Positions 36,819 through 50,199 of a stretch of DNA of 52,209 bases are shown one piece after another. Both the position numbers and the translations under genes were made by a program. Below the pieces are notes generated by a model. It saw only the letters and a list, made by a program, of their open reading frames with translations. It was not told the DNA's origin and did not search any database. Numbering within the stretch: the first letter of the stretch is position 1; each line of letters opens with the position of its first letter. The stretch is from Octopus bimaculoides (Eukaryota). The stretch covers positions 18,614,915 to 18,667,123 of the forward strand of contig NC_069007.1 of NCBI RefSeq assembly GCF_001194135.2, in the 5' to 3' direction.

Positions 36819-38171
36819 CATTCATACACATGATGGATTTCCACAGTTTCCGTTGACCAAATTCACCACCAAGCCTTTGGTTGGCCAGAGGCTATTGTAA
36901 AAGATACTTGCCCAAGGTACCATGCAGTGGGACTAAACCTGGAACCATGTGCTTGGGAAGTAAACTTCTTAACCATGTAACCATGCCTGTACCTTCACAC
37001 ACTCACACACACAAATAAAGCAAGATTCTGCACAGTATCCATTTAGCAAATTCCACCTAGAAGCACTTGGTCGAGCTGAGTCTTAGAGACGAGAGCTGCC
37101 TGGATTGCCATGGAAGAAATTGAACCGAGAATCACATGGTTGGGGACGTGAACTCCTTAAGTCCTTAAGCGCAAAGCCACGTCTATCTTGGTAACAGATT
37201 GGAGATGTCCTAGATAAGAGAGAGGGAGAGGAAAGCAGAGGAAGAGGAGAGAGAGAGATAGATAAAGCCATTTGCATATGTTAGTCAGGCATTCCAGTAC
37301 AAATTAATTGATCTAATTAAGATAAAGGTAGATATATATACAGTTCATTAACAAGCATAGCTACTTTGCTGAATAACAATTTTCTTTGTATATGTATACG
37401 CATGCACTCACGTGCACACACACGTGTTTGTGTGTGTACTTTTTGATGATATTTAACACCGAGAAAAAGAAATGTGGAAATAAGGTTATAAATGTAGTTG
37501 AGTGAAGCAAAAAGCCCAGTGAGTTTGAAACGAAATATGTCTGCATCTGTGATTTTGTGTTGTATATCTCGTCTTGTCACCGAGTTGCACAGAGATAATC
37601 AAGACGTCACTGTGAATGTATAAATGCACGTATATATGTGTATGTATGTATGTATGTATGTGTGAATGTATGTATGTGTGAATATGTGTGTGTGTGTATG
37701 TATGTACGTATGTATGTATGAATTATGTATGTATGTGTGTGTGAATATATGTGTATGTATGCATGCATGTATGTGTGTGTATGTATGTATGTATGTATGT
37801 ATGTAGTGTGTGTATGTATGTATGCATGTATGTATAACTCAAGTATTTGAAACACGTTCCATATATCAACATATATATGAAACTTTTTGCAAACACTTGA
37901 GTTATACATACATGCATACATACATACATATATACACACACACATACATAATTGCTCCATTCACAAATGCCCTAACTCAAATGTAAAAGAAATCCTTCAG
38001 AACTTGTCCAAAATACCAATTCTGTCATTTCCTCTCCAAGACAGCGCTGGATTTGAAATGTCAACAATCACAAATTCTTGACATTTCAAACGGGGTTAAG
38101 TGCAAGGAGAATCAGTTTATGGAAAAATATAATTCAATTTTCTTACACACACACATACACACACTCACTGG

Positions 38172-38225
<54 letters not shown>

Positions 38226-38336
38226 TATGCAAACACAAGAAATTTGAAAGACATTAATTACATATATAAGTATCAATATTTATATCTATATTCATACATA
38301 CACACACACATTTATATACATATAAATTTATATACA

Positions 38337-38390
<54 letters not shown>

Positions 38391-38526
38391 CAGAGAGAGA
38401 GAGACAGAGAGAGAGAGACAGAGAGAGAGAGGTAGAGTGATAGACAGAATTAGGTAGGTAGGTAGGTAGATAAAAAGACAGACAAACAGATAGATAAATA
38501 AACACACACACACACATATGTACAAT

Positions 38527-38581
<55 letters not shown>

Positions 38582-38739
38582 NNNNNNNNNNNNNNNNNNN
38601 NNNNNNNNNNNNNNNNNNNNNNNNNNNNNNNNNNNNNNNNNNNNNNNNNNNNNNNNNNNNNNNNNNNNNNNNNNNNNNNNNNNNNNNNNNNNNNNNNNNN
38701 NNNNNNNNNNNNNNNNNNNNNNNNNNNNNNNNNNNNNTA

Positions 38740-38777
<38 letters not shown>

Positions 38778-39030
38778 ATTATATATGTATATATATATAT
38801 AATAATAATATTAGGGACAAAATCCAAAATTACAGGTAAAAAACTCAATTAAAATCAATTTATAAAAAATTAAAATTAAATTGAGCCTTATATTATATTT
38901 ATCTTATGATATTTACTTTACTTTATATTATACTCATTTATTGTGCTTTTCATTACTAATTTTTCTATATGTGATAGTGGATTTTCATCGATGAGTTCTT
39001 GAAAATTGGTTATTTTCCCTAAAACTATAT

Positions 39031-39072
<42 letters not shown>

Positions 39073-39620
39073 ATTATATATGTATATGTATATTTGAAAA
39101 TCACATGAATTATACAGATACACACACACACACACATTACTAAACTGCATATAGTTCTGCCACAGCCACCAGATATTAATTCCAGGCAACAAAAGAGTTC
39201 TTTGGAACAAATCCAAATTTCAATCTTTTCTCTATTTCTTTCCCATCTCTTGACGGGTCAAGATTTATTAAACATTTAATGTTATAAAGTTAATACAAAA
39301 GAGAATATTTAATGTAAAAATAAAACATTTTCTTCCATAAATTATTAAAATGTCAATAAGTTGGCAACGACTGCCGCCAAATATTATAATTACTTCCGTT
39401 AATAAGTTTGTCTAAACATGTTGAATTCTCAGAACTTGTCCAAGCCTTCAACTTTGTTGTGTTGTCTCCATAAAAGCAGATTATCTCCAGTGCGAAGAAT
39501 TATTAGCAGCATATGAGTCACCAAAGTTTTCTGAGTACATTTGCCAGACAGAAACTGAAAGAAGCCTATCTCACACACACACACACATGGATATATGTAA
39601 ATATATATATATTCATGGAG

Positions 39621-39654
<34 letters not shown>

Positions 39655-39926
39655 CTGTATATAGAAGCCTACCTCACACACACAGAGATACACACACATG
39701 GATACATATATATATGTAAATAAATATATTCATGGAGCATCTGTCTGTGTCTCTATCTATCTATCTCTGTATATATATATAATTATTACAAATTAAAAGG
39801 GTAAAGGATTATCAATTCATTAATTAATAAATCAATTAACAATTAATAATTTTTACCAAGCCCATCGGTATGAAAACATCATTATTGGTGGAGAACTTAT
39901 TTAAAAGCTCATATATATTTATAAAC

Positions 39927-40087
39927 ATAATTAAGGGATCAGCAAATATTTGCTTCACCATATACCGAAGTTCAGAAATAGCAGCTAAAAAAGCTGAGAA
40001 TCCCACAGATAGGATTCTCAGCTTTTTTAGCTGCTATTTCTGAACTTCGGTATATGGTGAAGCAAATATTTGCTGATCCCTTAATTA

Positions 40088-40088
<1 letters not shown>
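39927..40088. mobile_element. Palindromic fold-back MITE-like element
   Basis: 77-bp perfect inverted arms, 8-nt loop; TTAAGGG...CCCTTAA ends. Confidence 0.8.
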
Positions 40089-40129
<41 letters not shown>

Positions 40130-40926
40130 CACCTGTACCCTGGCACTTGTGCCGGTGGCACGTAAAAGCATCCACTACACTCTCGGAGTGGCTGGCGTTA
40201 GGAAGGGCATCCAGCTGTAGAAACCATGCCAAGACAATCGACCAGAGCCTGGTTCAGCCTGCCAGTGTACCCGGTCCTCTCAAACCGTCCAACCCATGCC
40301 AGCATGGAAAATGAATGTTTGATGATGATGATGATGTTGATGATGATGATGATAAATGCACACCCACTCGTAAGCTCTAGCGCAGTTTACAAAGCTGACA
40401 CTTACAAATGAGTGTAGCGAAACCACCAAGGGTGTGAGTGCAGCGATGGCTGCATGGTGCGTGCAGCATAGCAAGCTAAGCGTAACTAACAGCTACGCAC
40501 ATGCAGTGTGGACACACAGACAGACAGACGGAGAGAACAAAAAACATTAACTGCGACATCACCACCACTGCCGCTGCCGGCGCCACCACCAACACTAGAA
40601 GAAAATACAAAATCAGCCAGCCAATTCACGACAACAACACCAACACCAACATCAACAACATCACCTTGACAAAAAAAAAAATAAAAGGTAGAAAAGTAAC
40701 AGAAAAATTGAACATATTGAAATAAATACAGCATTTATAGAGCGGCGGAGGATAATCTGGCAATTAGGTCTAAAATTAGCAAATCTAATCTGTGAAGGTT
40801 GTTATACTCTTGTCCCCACCCCCATCTCACATGCTCTCCTTTGCGCACGCGAGCCACATACTGTCTGACACGTACAGGTATGGCTTATCTATAATTAAGA
40901 AAAACACCACTATTACTACTACTGTT

Positions 40927-40957
<31 letters not shown>

Positions 40958-40984
40958 CTACTACTACTGTTATTATTATTATTA

Positions 40985-41015
<31 letters not shown>

Positions 41016-41516
41016 AGAGACAGTGAGCTGACAGAGTTGTTAGTATGCTGGACGAAATGCTTAATGGTATTTCACTCGTCGCTACATTCCAAGTTCAAAT
41101 TCCGCCGAGGTCGACTTTGCCCTTCGTTCTTTCGGGGTCGATAAAATAAATACCAGTTGAACACTGGGGTCGATGTAATCGACTCGTCCCCACCTTCCCA
41201 CAAGCTTAGAACCCTTCCTTGTCTTCCTAATCTACCTTGTCCCTAAGAAAGAGGCAAACTTTCTGTAAAAGCTCTACAGGATATTCTATTCCAATCCCCT
41301 TCAACCAATTTCTCTATATCATTACTTACAATTCCCAATGCGCCATTATTATTAATTATTATTATTATATTAAAAATATGTCTTTACATTCTGAGTTCAA
41401 ATTCGGCCAAGGTCGGCTTTGCCAGTCATACTTCCAGGGTTGATAACTACTCCCCTCTCACAAAATTTCAGGCCTTGTGCCTATGATAGAAAGGACTATT
41501 ATTATTATTACTATTA

Positions 41517-41548
<32 letters not shown>

Positions 41549-43453
41549 GGGTGACAGAGCAGCACACACCATGAAAGTGACACTGGGGTACAAATATATA
41601 AAACCTAATATACCAATCATGGCTACCCGTCTGTCTGCTAAAGGTACACCAGGAACATGCGTCACAACAATTTGTGCATGGCGTAGTGACCTCATATCAA
41701 GATAAANNNNNNNNNNNNNNNNNNNNNNNNNNNNNNNNNNNNNNNNNNNNNNNNNNNNNNNNNNNNNNNNNNNNNNNNNNNNNNNNNNNNNNNNNNNNNN
41801 NNNNNNNNNNNNNNNNNNNNNNNNNNNNNNNNNNNNNNNNNNNNNNNNNNNNNNNNNNNNNNNNNNNNNNNNNNNNNNNNNNNNNNNNNNNNNNNNNNNN
41901 NNNNNNNNNNNNNNNNNNNNNNNNNNNNNNNNNNNNNNNNNNNNNNNNNNNNNNNNNNNNNNNNNNNNNNNNNNNNNNNNNNNNNNNNNNNNNNNNNNNN
42001 NNNNNNNNNNNNNNNNNNNNNNNNNNNNNNNNNNNNNNNNNNNNNNNNNNNNNNNNNNNNNNNNNNNNNNNNNNNNNNNNNNNNNNNNNNNNNNNNNNNN
42101 NNNNNNNNNNNNNNNNNNNNNNNNNNNNNNNNNNNNNNNNNNNNNNNNNNNNNNNNNNNNNNNNNNNNNNNNNNNNNNNNNNNNNNNNNNNNNNNNNNNN
42201 NNNNNNNNNNNNNNNNNNNNNNNNNNNNNNNNNNNNNNNNNNNNNNNNNNNNNNNNNNNNNNNNNNNNNNNNNNNNNNNNNNNNNNNNNNNNNNNNNNNN
42301 NNNNNNNNNNNNNNNNNNNNNNNNNNNNNNNNNNNNNNNNNNNNNNNNNNNNNNNNNNNNNNNNNNNNNNNNNNNNNNNNNNNATATATATTGTCTATTG
42401 TCTGCTTTGGCGTATATACATATGCCAAACAGACAATAGAGTGCAGCACAGTTCTTTGGCTTGCCAGTTCCTATCAAACTGTCCAACCCATGCCAGTATG
42501 GAAAACAGATGTTAAATGATGATGATGATGATGATGATGATATACATGGGCTTCGTTCAGTTTCCATGTACCAAATCCATTTACAAGGCTGTGGTTGGTT
42601 CAGGGCTTTGGTCAGCCCAAGGTGCCATGCAGCAGGACTGAACCCCAAACGATGTGGTTGGTAAGCAAACTTCTTACCACACAGCCATGCCTGTACCTCT
42701 AAATACACACATATACACATAGATGTATTTAGGTCTGTCTCCTTTGACAATTCATTTCAATATGAGATGGAAATATCAGCCAGAACGAAGACAAAGAGAC
42801 AACAGGACATGTTGCTTTGCAGTGTTCCTCGCATCAGACTAGATTCTCTCCTGCTGTCAGTCTCATTGTCATCCGTAAACACAGCAACTCAACAACTGGT
42901 TCATTATAAAGTGGTAACTAACGAAACTATTGTTCACGAATTATACTCAAACATAATTAAAAATAACCATAGAAACGGAGGACCTTTTGGTAGTAACGAG
43001 CTTTTGAAAACCAGTCGAGTGACATCACAGTTTGTTGCCGATGCTGGTGAAACTAATCAAAGTTGTCTAACGACCAGGACAAATGTGTACGGGGAATTAT
43101 TGTAAGTTCTGACTACACATTCGACATAATTAAATAAAAACAATATATAAACACACGAGTTTTCTTTTCTTTTAGTGGGCAGAAAGAAATCACTACTGCC
43201 GCCAACGTCACCATCACCATCATCAGCGTTTTAACGTCCACTTTTCCGAGGTTTCATGGGTCGGCTGGAATTTGTTTCGGTCAGTGTTTCTCAACCAGGG
43301 TCCATGTAAAACTTTCATCATCATCATCCTTTAACATCCGTTGTCCATGCTGTCATAGGTTGGACGGTTTGATCTGGGCTGACATGCTGGAAGGCTGCAC
43401 CAGACTCTAGTCTGATTTGGCAGGGTTTTCTACAGCTGGATGCCCTTCCTAAT

Positions 43454-43694
43454 CTTTTTTTATTTTTTTATTGTCCACAAGGGGCTAAACATAAAGGGGA
43501 CAAACAAGGACAGACAAAGGGATTAAGTCGATTACATCGACCCCAGTGTGTAACTGGTACTTAATTTATCTACCCCGAAAGGATGAAAGGCAAAGTTGAC
43601 CTCGGCGGAATTTGAACTCAGAACGTAACGGCAGACAAAATACTGCTAAGCATTTCGCCCGGTGTGCTAACGTTTCTGCCAGCTCAACACCTTA
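43454..43694 (-). mobile_element. tRNA-derived SINE family D with 16-bp TSD, nested in a family C repeat
   Basis: Body gagttcaaattccgccgaggtc..tttgcctttcatcctttcggg..; GGATGCCCTTCCTAAT at 43438 and 43695; other copies ~855-995, 6170-6310, 6545-6665, 17160-17345, 33685-33860, 35715-35912, 41022-41190, 51600-51810. Confidence 0.8.
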
Positions 43695-44084
43695 GGATGC
43701 CCTTCCTAATGCCAACCACTCCGAGAGTGTAAAGAACATTATTACGTGCCAATTGCATGACACCAGTATCCACCACAACTACGATTTCACTTGGCTTGAT
43801 GGGTCTTCTTCTGAAGCATAGCATAATACCAAAGGTCTTGGTCATTTGCCATTGCCTCCACGAGGCCCAAGACTCGAAAGGTGCTTTCCATGTGCCACCG
43901 GCATCGGCCACCTTGCCTCCATGAGACCCAATGTTCGAAAGGTGTTTTTTATGGCTCAACAGGGGCAAACTAAATGAGGGTCCAGTTGAGTAAAATAGGA
44001 ACCAAAAGGGGTCCACATAGGATTTTGTTGTTAAAATTTCTGTGAAATAAATTGTTTACACAACAATTCACAAAATATTTTTAT

Positions 44085-44094
44085 CATTATTAAT

Positions 44095-44125
<31 letters not shown>

Positions 44126-44207
44126 TTATTATTAATATTATTATTATTATTAATATTATTATTATTATCATCATTATTAATATTATTATTATTATCATCA
44201 TTATTAA

Positions 44208-44247
<40 letters not shown>

Positions 44248-44262
44248 ATTATTATTATTATA
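44085..44262. repeat. (ATT)n microsatellite
   Basis: Directly visible. Confidence 0.95.
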
Positions 44263-44318
44263 AATGAACAAAAGCAGGAAACAGTAACTGAAATCCATAC
44301 TTAAGTTTCTGTGGATAC

Positions 44319-44356
<38 letters not shown>

Positions 44357-44816
44357 TAGGCTTGAGAGAGAAAGAGGAAAGAGAGAGAGGGAGGGAGAGA
44401 GATTATGAACCATGCAAAAAAAAGAAAGAAAATAAAACAGCTGATGATTTTTTCTACTTCCTCTGACATAAAAAAACCCCAAAAAAACTGCCCAGTCATG
44501 GCTGTGTAATTAAGAGGTTGATTTGTAATAACCAGGATCTGGTGACAGGATTAGTGGCTCAAGTGGAAGGTACTTGCTTTCGAAGTATTACGCAGTTGCG
44601 AGTTGACTTGAAATGGAACCCAGATCCACCTTGTTACCAGGTCCTAGTTTTTGTGAAACAGCCTTCTGGATCATTTAAACACAGACATGATCTGAGACAG
44701 GGATTTGGTTGACAGAAAATGTGTCGTAATCTAGAGGTGTGTGTGTACATGTGTACTACAAAGCCAGAGGTGGTTTCAGACAAGTTGGTATCAAAAGGGT
44801 TAAATTCAATCATTTC

Positions 44817-45289
44817 TTAACCATTTTGTTACCATATTTCTGTTGAGATGCTCTGTGTTTCTTTCAATTAATTTTAAATATAACAAAGAATTTAGTAAAA
44901 TAACTTAGTTATCATTAAGCTAGTGTTAGGAACATAAATTGCGACTAAGGTTTGGAGGAAGATTTTAATTCAGAACTTATAAAAACAGGACATTTGTACT
45001 ACAGAACCAGAGGCGGTTTCAGACGAGTTGGTATCAAAAGGGTTAAATTCAATCATTTCTTAACCCTTTTGTTACCATATTTCTGTTGAGATGCTCTGTG
45101 TTTCTTTCAATTAATTTTAAATATAACAAAGAATTTAGTAAATTAATTTAGTTATCGTTAAGCTTATTTTAGGAACATGAATTGCAACTAAGGTTTAATG
45201 GAAGATTTTAATTCAGAACTTATGAAAACAGGACATTTGTACTACAGAGCCAGGGGCGGTTTCAGGCAGGTTGGTATCAAAAGGGTTAA
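44817..45289. mobile_element. Two tandem piggyBac-like MITEs (230 bp each including the flanking TTAA)
   Basis: TTAA-CCCTTTTGTTACC...GGTATCAAAAGGG-TTAA ends; copies 44817-45046 and 45060-45289. Confidence 0.75.
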
Positions 45290-45784
45290 ACAATGCTATG
45301 ATCTCTGTAACTCTAATATTATTTAATGTCGTTCTGCTGTCATTTTACTGAATGACTCAACATCAATATTCGAGCTAAACACATGGGTTGGGTCAGTGAC
45401 TCATTGTGTATTTAAACTGCTCTGACAGATGTTGTTGCTGCTGTTGTGGTTGTTTAATCTTTAGTCAGTGCTGACCAGACAGAACTATGGTCAAAGCTGT
45501 GTCCATCCTAGCTTTTAATCAGACATAATTACTCTAGGACTACATTATCAAATGTATCACTCCTTGTTTAGCCCTTGGTCAGTGCTGACCAAACAGAGCT
45601 ATGGTCAAAGATGTGTCCATCCCGACTTTTAGCCCATGGTCAGTCCTTGTTGTTTCACCCTTGGTCAGTGCTGACCAAACAGAGCTATGGCCAAAGATGT
45701 GTCCATACTGACTTTTAGCCCATGGTTAGATGGAATTCATAGAGGATGATTTTCTACAGCTGGGTGCCCTTCCTGTTACCAACA

Positions 45785-46110
45785 CTGTGGTTAGAGCATC
45801 GGGCTCACAATCATGAGGTAGTGAGTTCGTTTCCTAGACCGGGCTGTGTGTTGTGTTCTTGAGCAAGACACTTTATTTCACGTTGCTGCAGTTCACTCAG
45901 CTGCAGAAATGAGTTGCGACATCACTGGTGCCAAGCTGTATCGGCCCCTTTGCCTTTCCCTTGGATAGCATCAGTGGTGAGGAGAAGGGAGACTGGCATG
46001 CATGAGTGTCTGTTGTCTTCCATAAACAACCTTGCCCAGACTTGTGCCTGGGAGGGGAACTTTCCTGGTGCAATCCCATGGTTATTCATGACCGAAGGGG
46101 GTCTTTACCC
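45785..46110 (+). mobile_element. tRNA-derived SINE family G
   Basis: gtggttagagcatcgggctc...gagttcgtttcc head, then ttgtgttcttgagcaagacact; reverse partial copy ~9800-9995, head-only copy ~20588-20670. Confidence 0.7.
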
Positions 46111-46650
46111 TTTTAATAGTTCCCCATGGCTAGATTTGGTCTTCATGGAAGACAGGAAATGATGAAAACCATTTGTATAATAGAAATGCTTGACTTAACA
46201 GTTTCTGCTGTACGTCAAGGACATACGTAGACACAAACCAGAGCATTTGTCTGAACAGTAAATCTTTACTAATAATCGGTGTTCAAATACCTTCAGGCAG
46301 TCAAAGGGTTACTGGAATTAAGGAATTAAGGGTCTGCTGTACTTCTTCAGGTCCTTCAGGCGAATATCAAACACTGACGTGGAATTTCTACATCCTCATT
46401 CTGGGACGAAATATTTATTGATCCTAACTGAGGGTTCATCTGTTCTTTTATTGGATGTTCTGGTTTTTGTCCAGCTAGGTTTCTTGCAAACCACCACTGA
46501 ACAGGCTGATCCGGTAGAGCAACCAGTTGGATTGCTGACAACCAGATTTAGCGACAGGTTGTAACTGGATTAACGTGTTAACAGTAGCACTTGTGAACAA
46601 CTTGATGTATGCGTGTGTGTGTCTGTATGTGTATGATACATGCATATATA

Positions 46651-46702
<52 letters not shown>

Positions 46703-47023
46703 NNNNNNNNNNNNNNNNNNNNNNNNNNNNNNNNNNNNNNNNNNNNNNNNNNNNNNNNNNNNNNNNNNNNNNNNNNNNNNNNNNNNNNNNNNNNNNNNNN
46801 NNNNNNNNNNNNNNNNNNNNNNNNNNNNNNNNNNNNNNNNNNNNNNNNNNNNNNNNNNNNNNNNNNNNNNNNNNNNNNNNNNNNNNNNNNNNNNNNNNNN
46901 NNNNNNNNNNNNNNNNNNNNNNNNNNNNNNNNNNNNNNNNNNNNNNNNNNNNNNNATATATATATATATATATATGTAGATATATATCTATATATATATA
47001 TATGTAGATATATATCTATATCT

Positions 47024-47054
<31 letters not shown>

Positions 47055-47580
47055 TATGTATGTATATATATTATGTATGGAGAGAGAGAGAAAGAGAGAG
47101 AGAGACCGAGAGAGAGTGTGTGGGTGTGTGTATATATATATAATACATGCATAGATACATACATACACACATATATATATATACATATATATATATATAG
47201 AGAGAGAGAGAGACAGACAGACGGACAGACAGAGAATGTGTAATACATACAGAGAGAGAAAGAGAGAGAGTGTGTGTGACAGAGAGAGGGAGAAAGAGGT
47301 GATACATTAGCTGTGTATGAAGATATAATAATAAAAAAAAGTTAGTATTATATAGTGTATATATATACATATATCTAGGTTACTATGTCAACAAATATTG
47401 ATTATTTCAAATGATTGAAATATAACAAACAAGTCAAGCTGACCATCCACACAGAACAGAAGGTCTGTGTGCCTTTTATAAAGTAGATTTCGGCTTTTGA
47501 ATTAAACAGAAGACATTCCATAAAACTGTTGAAATGAAAGGAATGAGGCCCAAAAATGTGGAGACAAGCAGGCCTTATTT

Positions 47581-47582
<2 letters not shown>

Positions 47583-47657
<75 letters not shown>

Positions 47658-47920
47658 GTGTGTGTGTGTGCGTGTGTGTGTTAGTGTGTGTGTGTATGTT
47701 AGTGTGTGTATGTTAGTGTGTGTATGTGTGTATGTGTTAGTGTGTGTGTGTGTGTGCATTAGTGTGTGTGTGCATTAGTGTGTGTGTGTGTGTGTGTTAG
47801 TTTGTGTGTATTAGTGTGTGCGTGTGTGTTAGTGTGTGTGTGTTAGTGTATGTGTGTTAGTGTATGTGCGTGTGCGTATTTCTGGGTGTTTTAGAATTTG
47901 AAAATGATTGCGTCAATGTG

Positions 47921-47950
<30 letters not shown>
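47583..47950. repeat. (GT)n microsatellite block
   Basis: Directly visible. Confidence 0.95.
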
Positions 47951-47956
<6 letters not shown>

Positions 47957-48171
47957 ATCTTTATGGCTGTTAAAAACCTTTATGAAATAAATACAATTCT
48001 GCAGATAAAACAAATCAGACACAGCAAATATATGAAACATATTAAATATAACAGTTTGGGTATGAAATACAAAACATGTGTAGATATGTCTACATGCAAA
48101 ACGAGAGAAAGCAAAAGGTGGAGACTTTCAGATGATGAATTTTTACGTATAAATATACAGATATTTATATT

Positions 48172-48458
48172 GAGCGAGGTCGTTGCCAGTGCCGCTGGAC
48201 TGGCTCGTGTGCAGGTGGCACGTAAAATACACCATTTTGAGCGTGGCCGTTGCCAGTACCGCCCGACTGGCCCTCGTGCCGGTGGCACGTAAAAGCACCC
48301 ACTACACTCTCGGAGTGGTTGGCTTTAGGAAGGGCATCCAGCTGTAGAAACTCTGCCAAATCGGATTGGAGCCTGGTGTAGCCACCTGGTGTCACCAGTC
48401 CTCAGTCAAATCGTCCAACCCATGCTAGCATGGAAAGCGGACGTTAAACAATGATGAG
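48172..48458 (+). mobile_element. Retroposon family C, (GAT)n tail
   Basis: 3' end cagtcaaatcgtccaacccatgctagcatggaaagcggacgttaaac(gat)n; copies ~4520-4615, 19485-19580(-), 24850-25050, 29420-29589(-), 36240-36408, 40127-40352, 43315-43960(-). Confidence 0.8.
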
Positions 48459-48534
48459 GTCCAACTTGCACAAAGTACAAACAACAGAGAAATTTAAAGG
48501 GGTGGAGGACAGGTATCATTTAGTGTATACTCTT

Positions 48535-48775
48535 TACTCTTTTACTTGTTTCAGTCTTTTGACTGTGGCCATGCTGGAGCACCGCCTTTTAGTCGAGGAA
48601 ATCGACCCCAGGACTTATTCTTTAGAAGCCTAGTACTTATTCTATCGATCTCTTTTGCCGAACAGCTAAGTTACGGGGGACATAAACACACCAGCATCGG
48701 TTATCAAGCGATGTTGGGGGGACATAAACACACCAGCATCGGTTATCAAGAGATGTTGGGGGGACAAACACACAC
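48535..48775. mobile_element. Interspersed repeat family B
   Basis: ctttttacttgtttcagtc..gcggccatgctggagcacc..gaccccaggacttattc; copies ~1040-1240, 8108-8250, 8455-8670, 19720-19860, 28185-28380, 48955-49135, often abutting family A. Confidence 0.7.
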
Positions 48776-49468
48776 ATACATACATACATATATATATATA
48801 CATATATACAACGGGCTTCTTTCAGTTTCCGTCTACCAAATCCACTCACAAGGCTTTGGTCGGCCCGAGGCTATAGTAGAAGACACTTGCCCAAGATGCC
48901 GCGCAGTGGGACTGAACCCGGGACCATGTGGTTGGTATACTATTTACGAGTTTACATCCCCCATGACTTAGCAGTTCGGTAAAGGAGACCAATAGAATAA
49001 GTGCCAAGCTTTAAAAAAAAAAAAAAAAAAAAAAATTTTTTTTCTGAAACAGGTACTTGGATCAATTCACTCAATTAAATATTCTTGAAGGTGTTGCTCC
49101 AGCATGGCCGCAGTCTAACGACTGACACAAGTAAAACATGCTCCTGAGCTTATAGTTGTTAATGTATGAAAGCATAGAATCTTGTTTGATAAGTTATCTG
49201 TCAATAAAGAGGCGACAGAAGGCGTGGTGACAATACATACCATGTACTGACACAGAAAACACTCCAATCTAAACAGACTGAATAATAGTTTTATGATATA
49301 ATATATCCATACCAGCTGACCTCTTAGAGAGAAATAGTGAAGAGCTTTGTACTATACACATACACATGTACACACATGTTCAGGCATTCTTATATATATA
49401 CATACATATATATGTATGTATATATGTCGTTTAACGTCCGCTTTCCATGCTAGCATGGGTTAAAATGG

Positions 49469-49664
49469 ATAATCAGGTACTCAGATGTCTGGATGGTTGT
49501 ATATTTACAGATTTTTATTCATATGTCACATATTTTAGTCTTGTAGGGTTTTCAAATTTGAAAACCCTACAAGACTAGGTGAAAGCGCTAATTTATAAAA
49601 CATGTGATATATGAATAAAAATCTGTAAATATACAACCATCCAGATATCTGAGTACCCGATTAT
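49469..49664. repeat. Branched inverted-repeat element
   Basis: ~67-bp imperfect outer arms enclosing a perfect 42-bp palindrome (49536-49577). Confidence 0.8.
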
Positions 49665-50199
49665 TATTTTTTCTGATATATAATTCCTGTACATCACCTC
49701 CAAACCTTCATATATATATATATATATATATATACTTCTAATATAGGATAAAGTTTTTTCAAAAAATTTCATCAGTGGCCAGCATATTAAAATACCTTTT
49801 CAGGTGAAAATTATAAACAATTATAAATAGGGGCAAAAGAAAAAAAAGATTTCTATGCCAATATGCTGAGAAATATTCTTTAAATCGTCAATCACCACAC
49901 AAAGGCCAGTCAGGAGGTACTGGCAATGGTCACGCTCGAAATGGTGTATTTTACGTGCCACCTGCACAGGAGCCAGTCCGGCGGTACTGGCAACGAACTT
50001 GCTCGAATGTCCTTTCACGTGCCACTGGCACAAGTACCAGGAGGGCGACTATTATTATTATTATTATTATTTTAGGGCAGTGAGCTGGCAGAATCATTAG
50101 CATGCCAAGCAAAATCCTTGGTGACATTTTGTCCATTGCTACATTACGTTCTGAGTTCAAATTACTGCTCAGCCACGAAGTGGGAAGGGTCATGTAAAA

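Noticed and set aside
40365-40500. Minus-strand GTAAGT donor with upstream ATGs as an alternative first exon
   Set aside because: The phase-1 reading forms TGA at the junction with the 30256 exon; the other frames are out of phase.
46340-46565. Complex stretch with ~61-aa ORFs on both strands
   Set aside because: No recognisable motif or compatible splice sites.
49745-49785. Minus-strand CTGATGA...GAAA
   Set aside because: No stem I or stem II can form.
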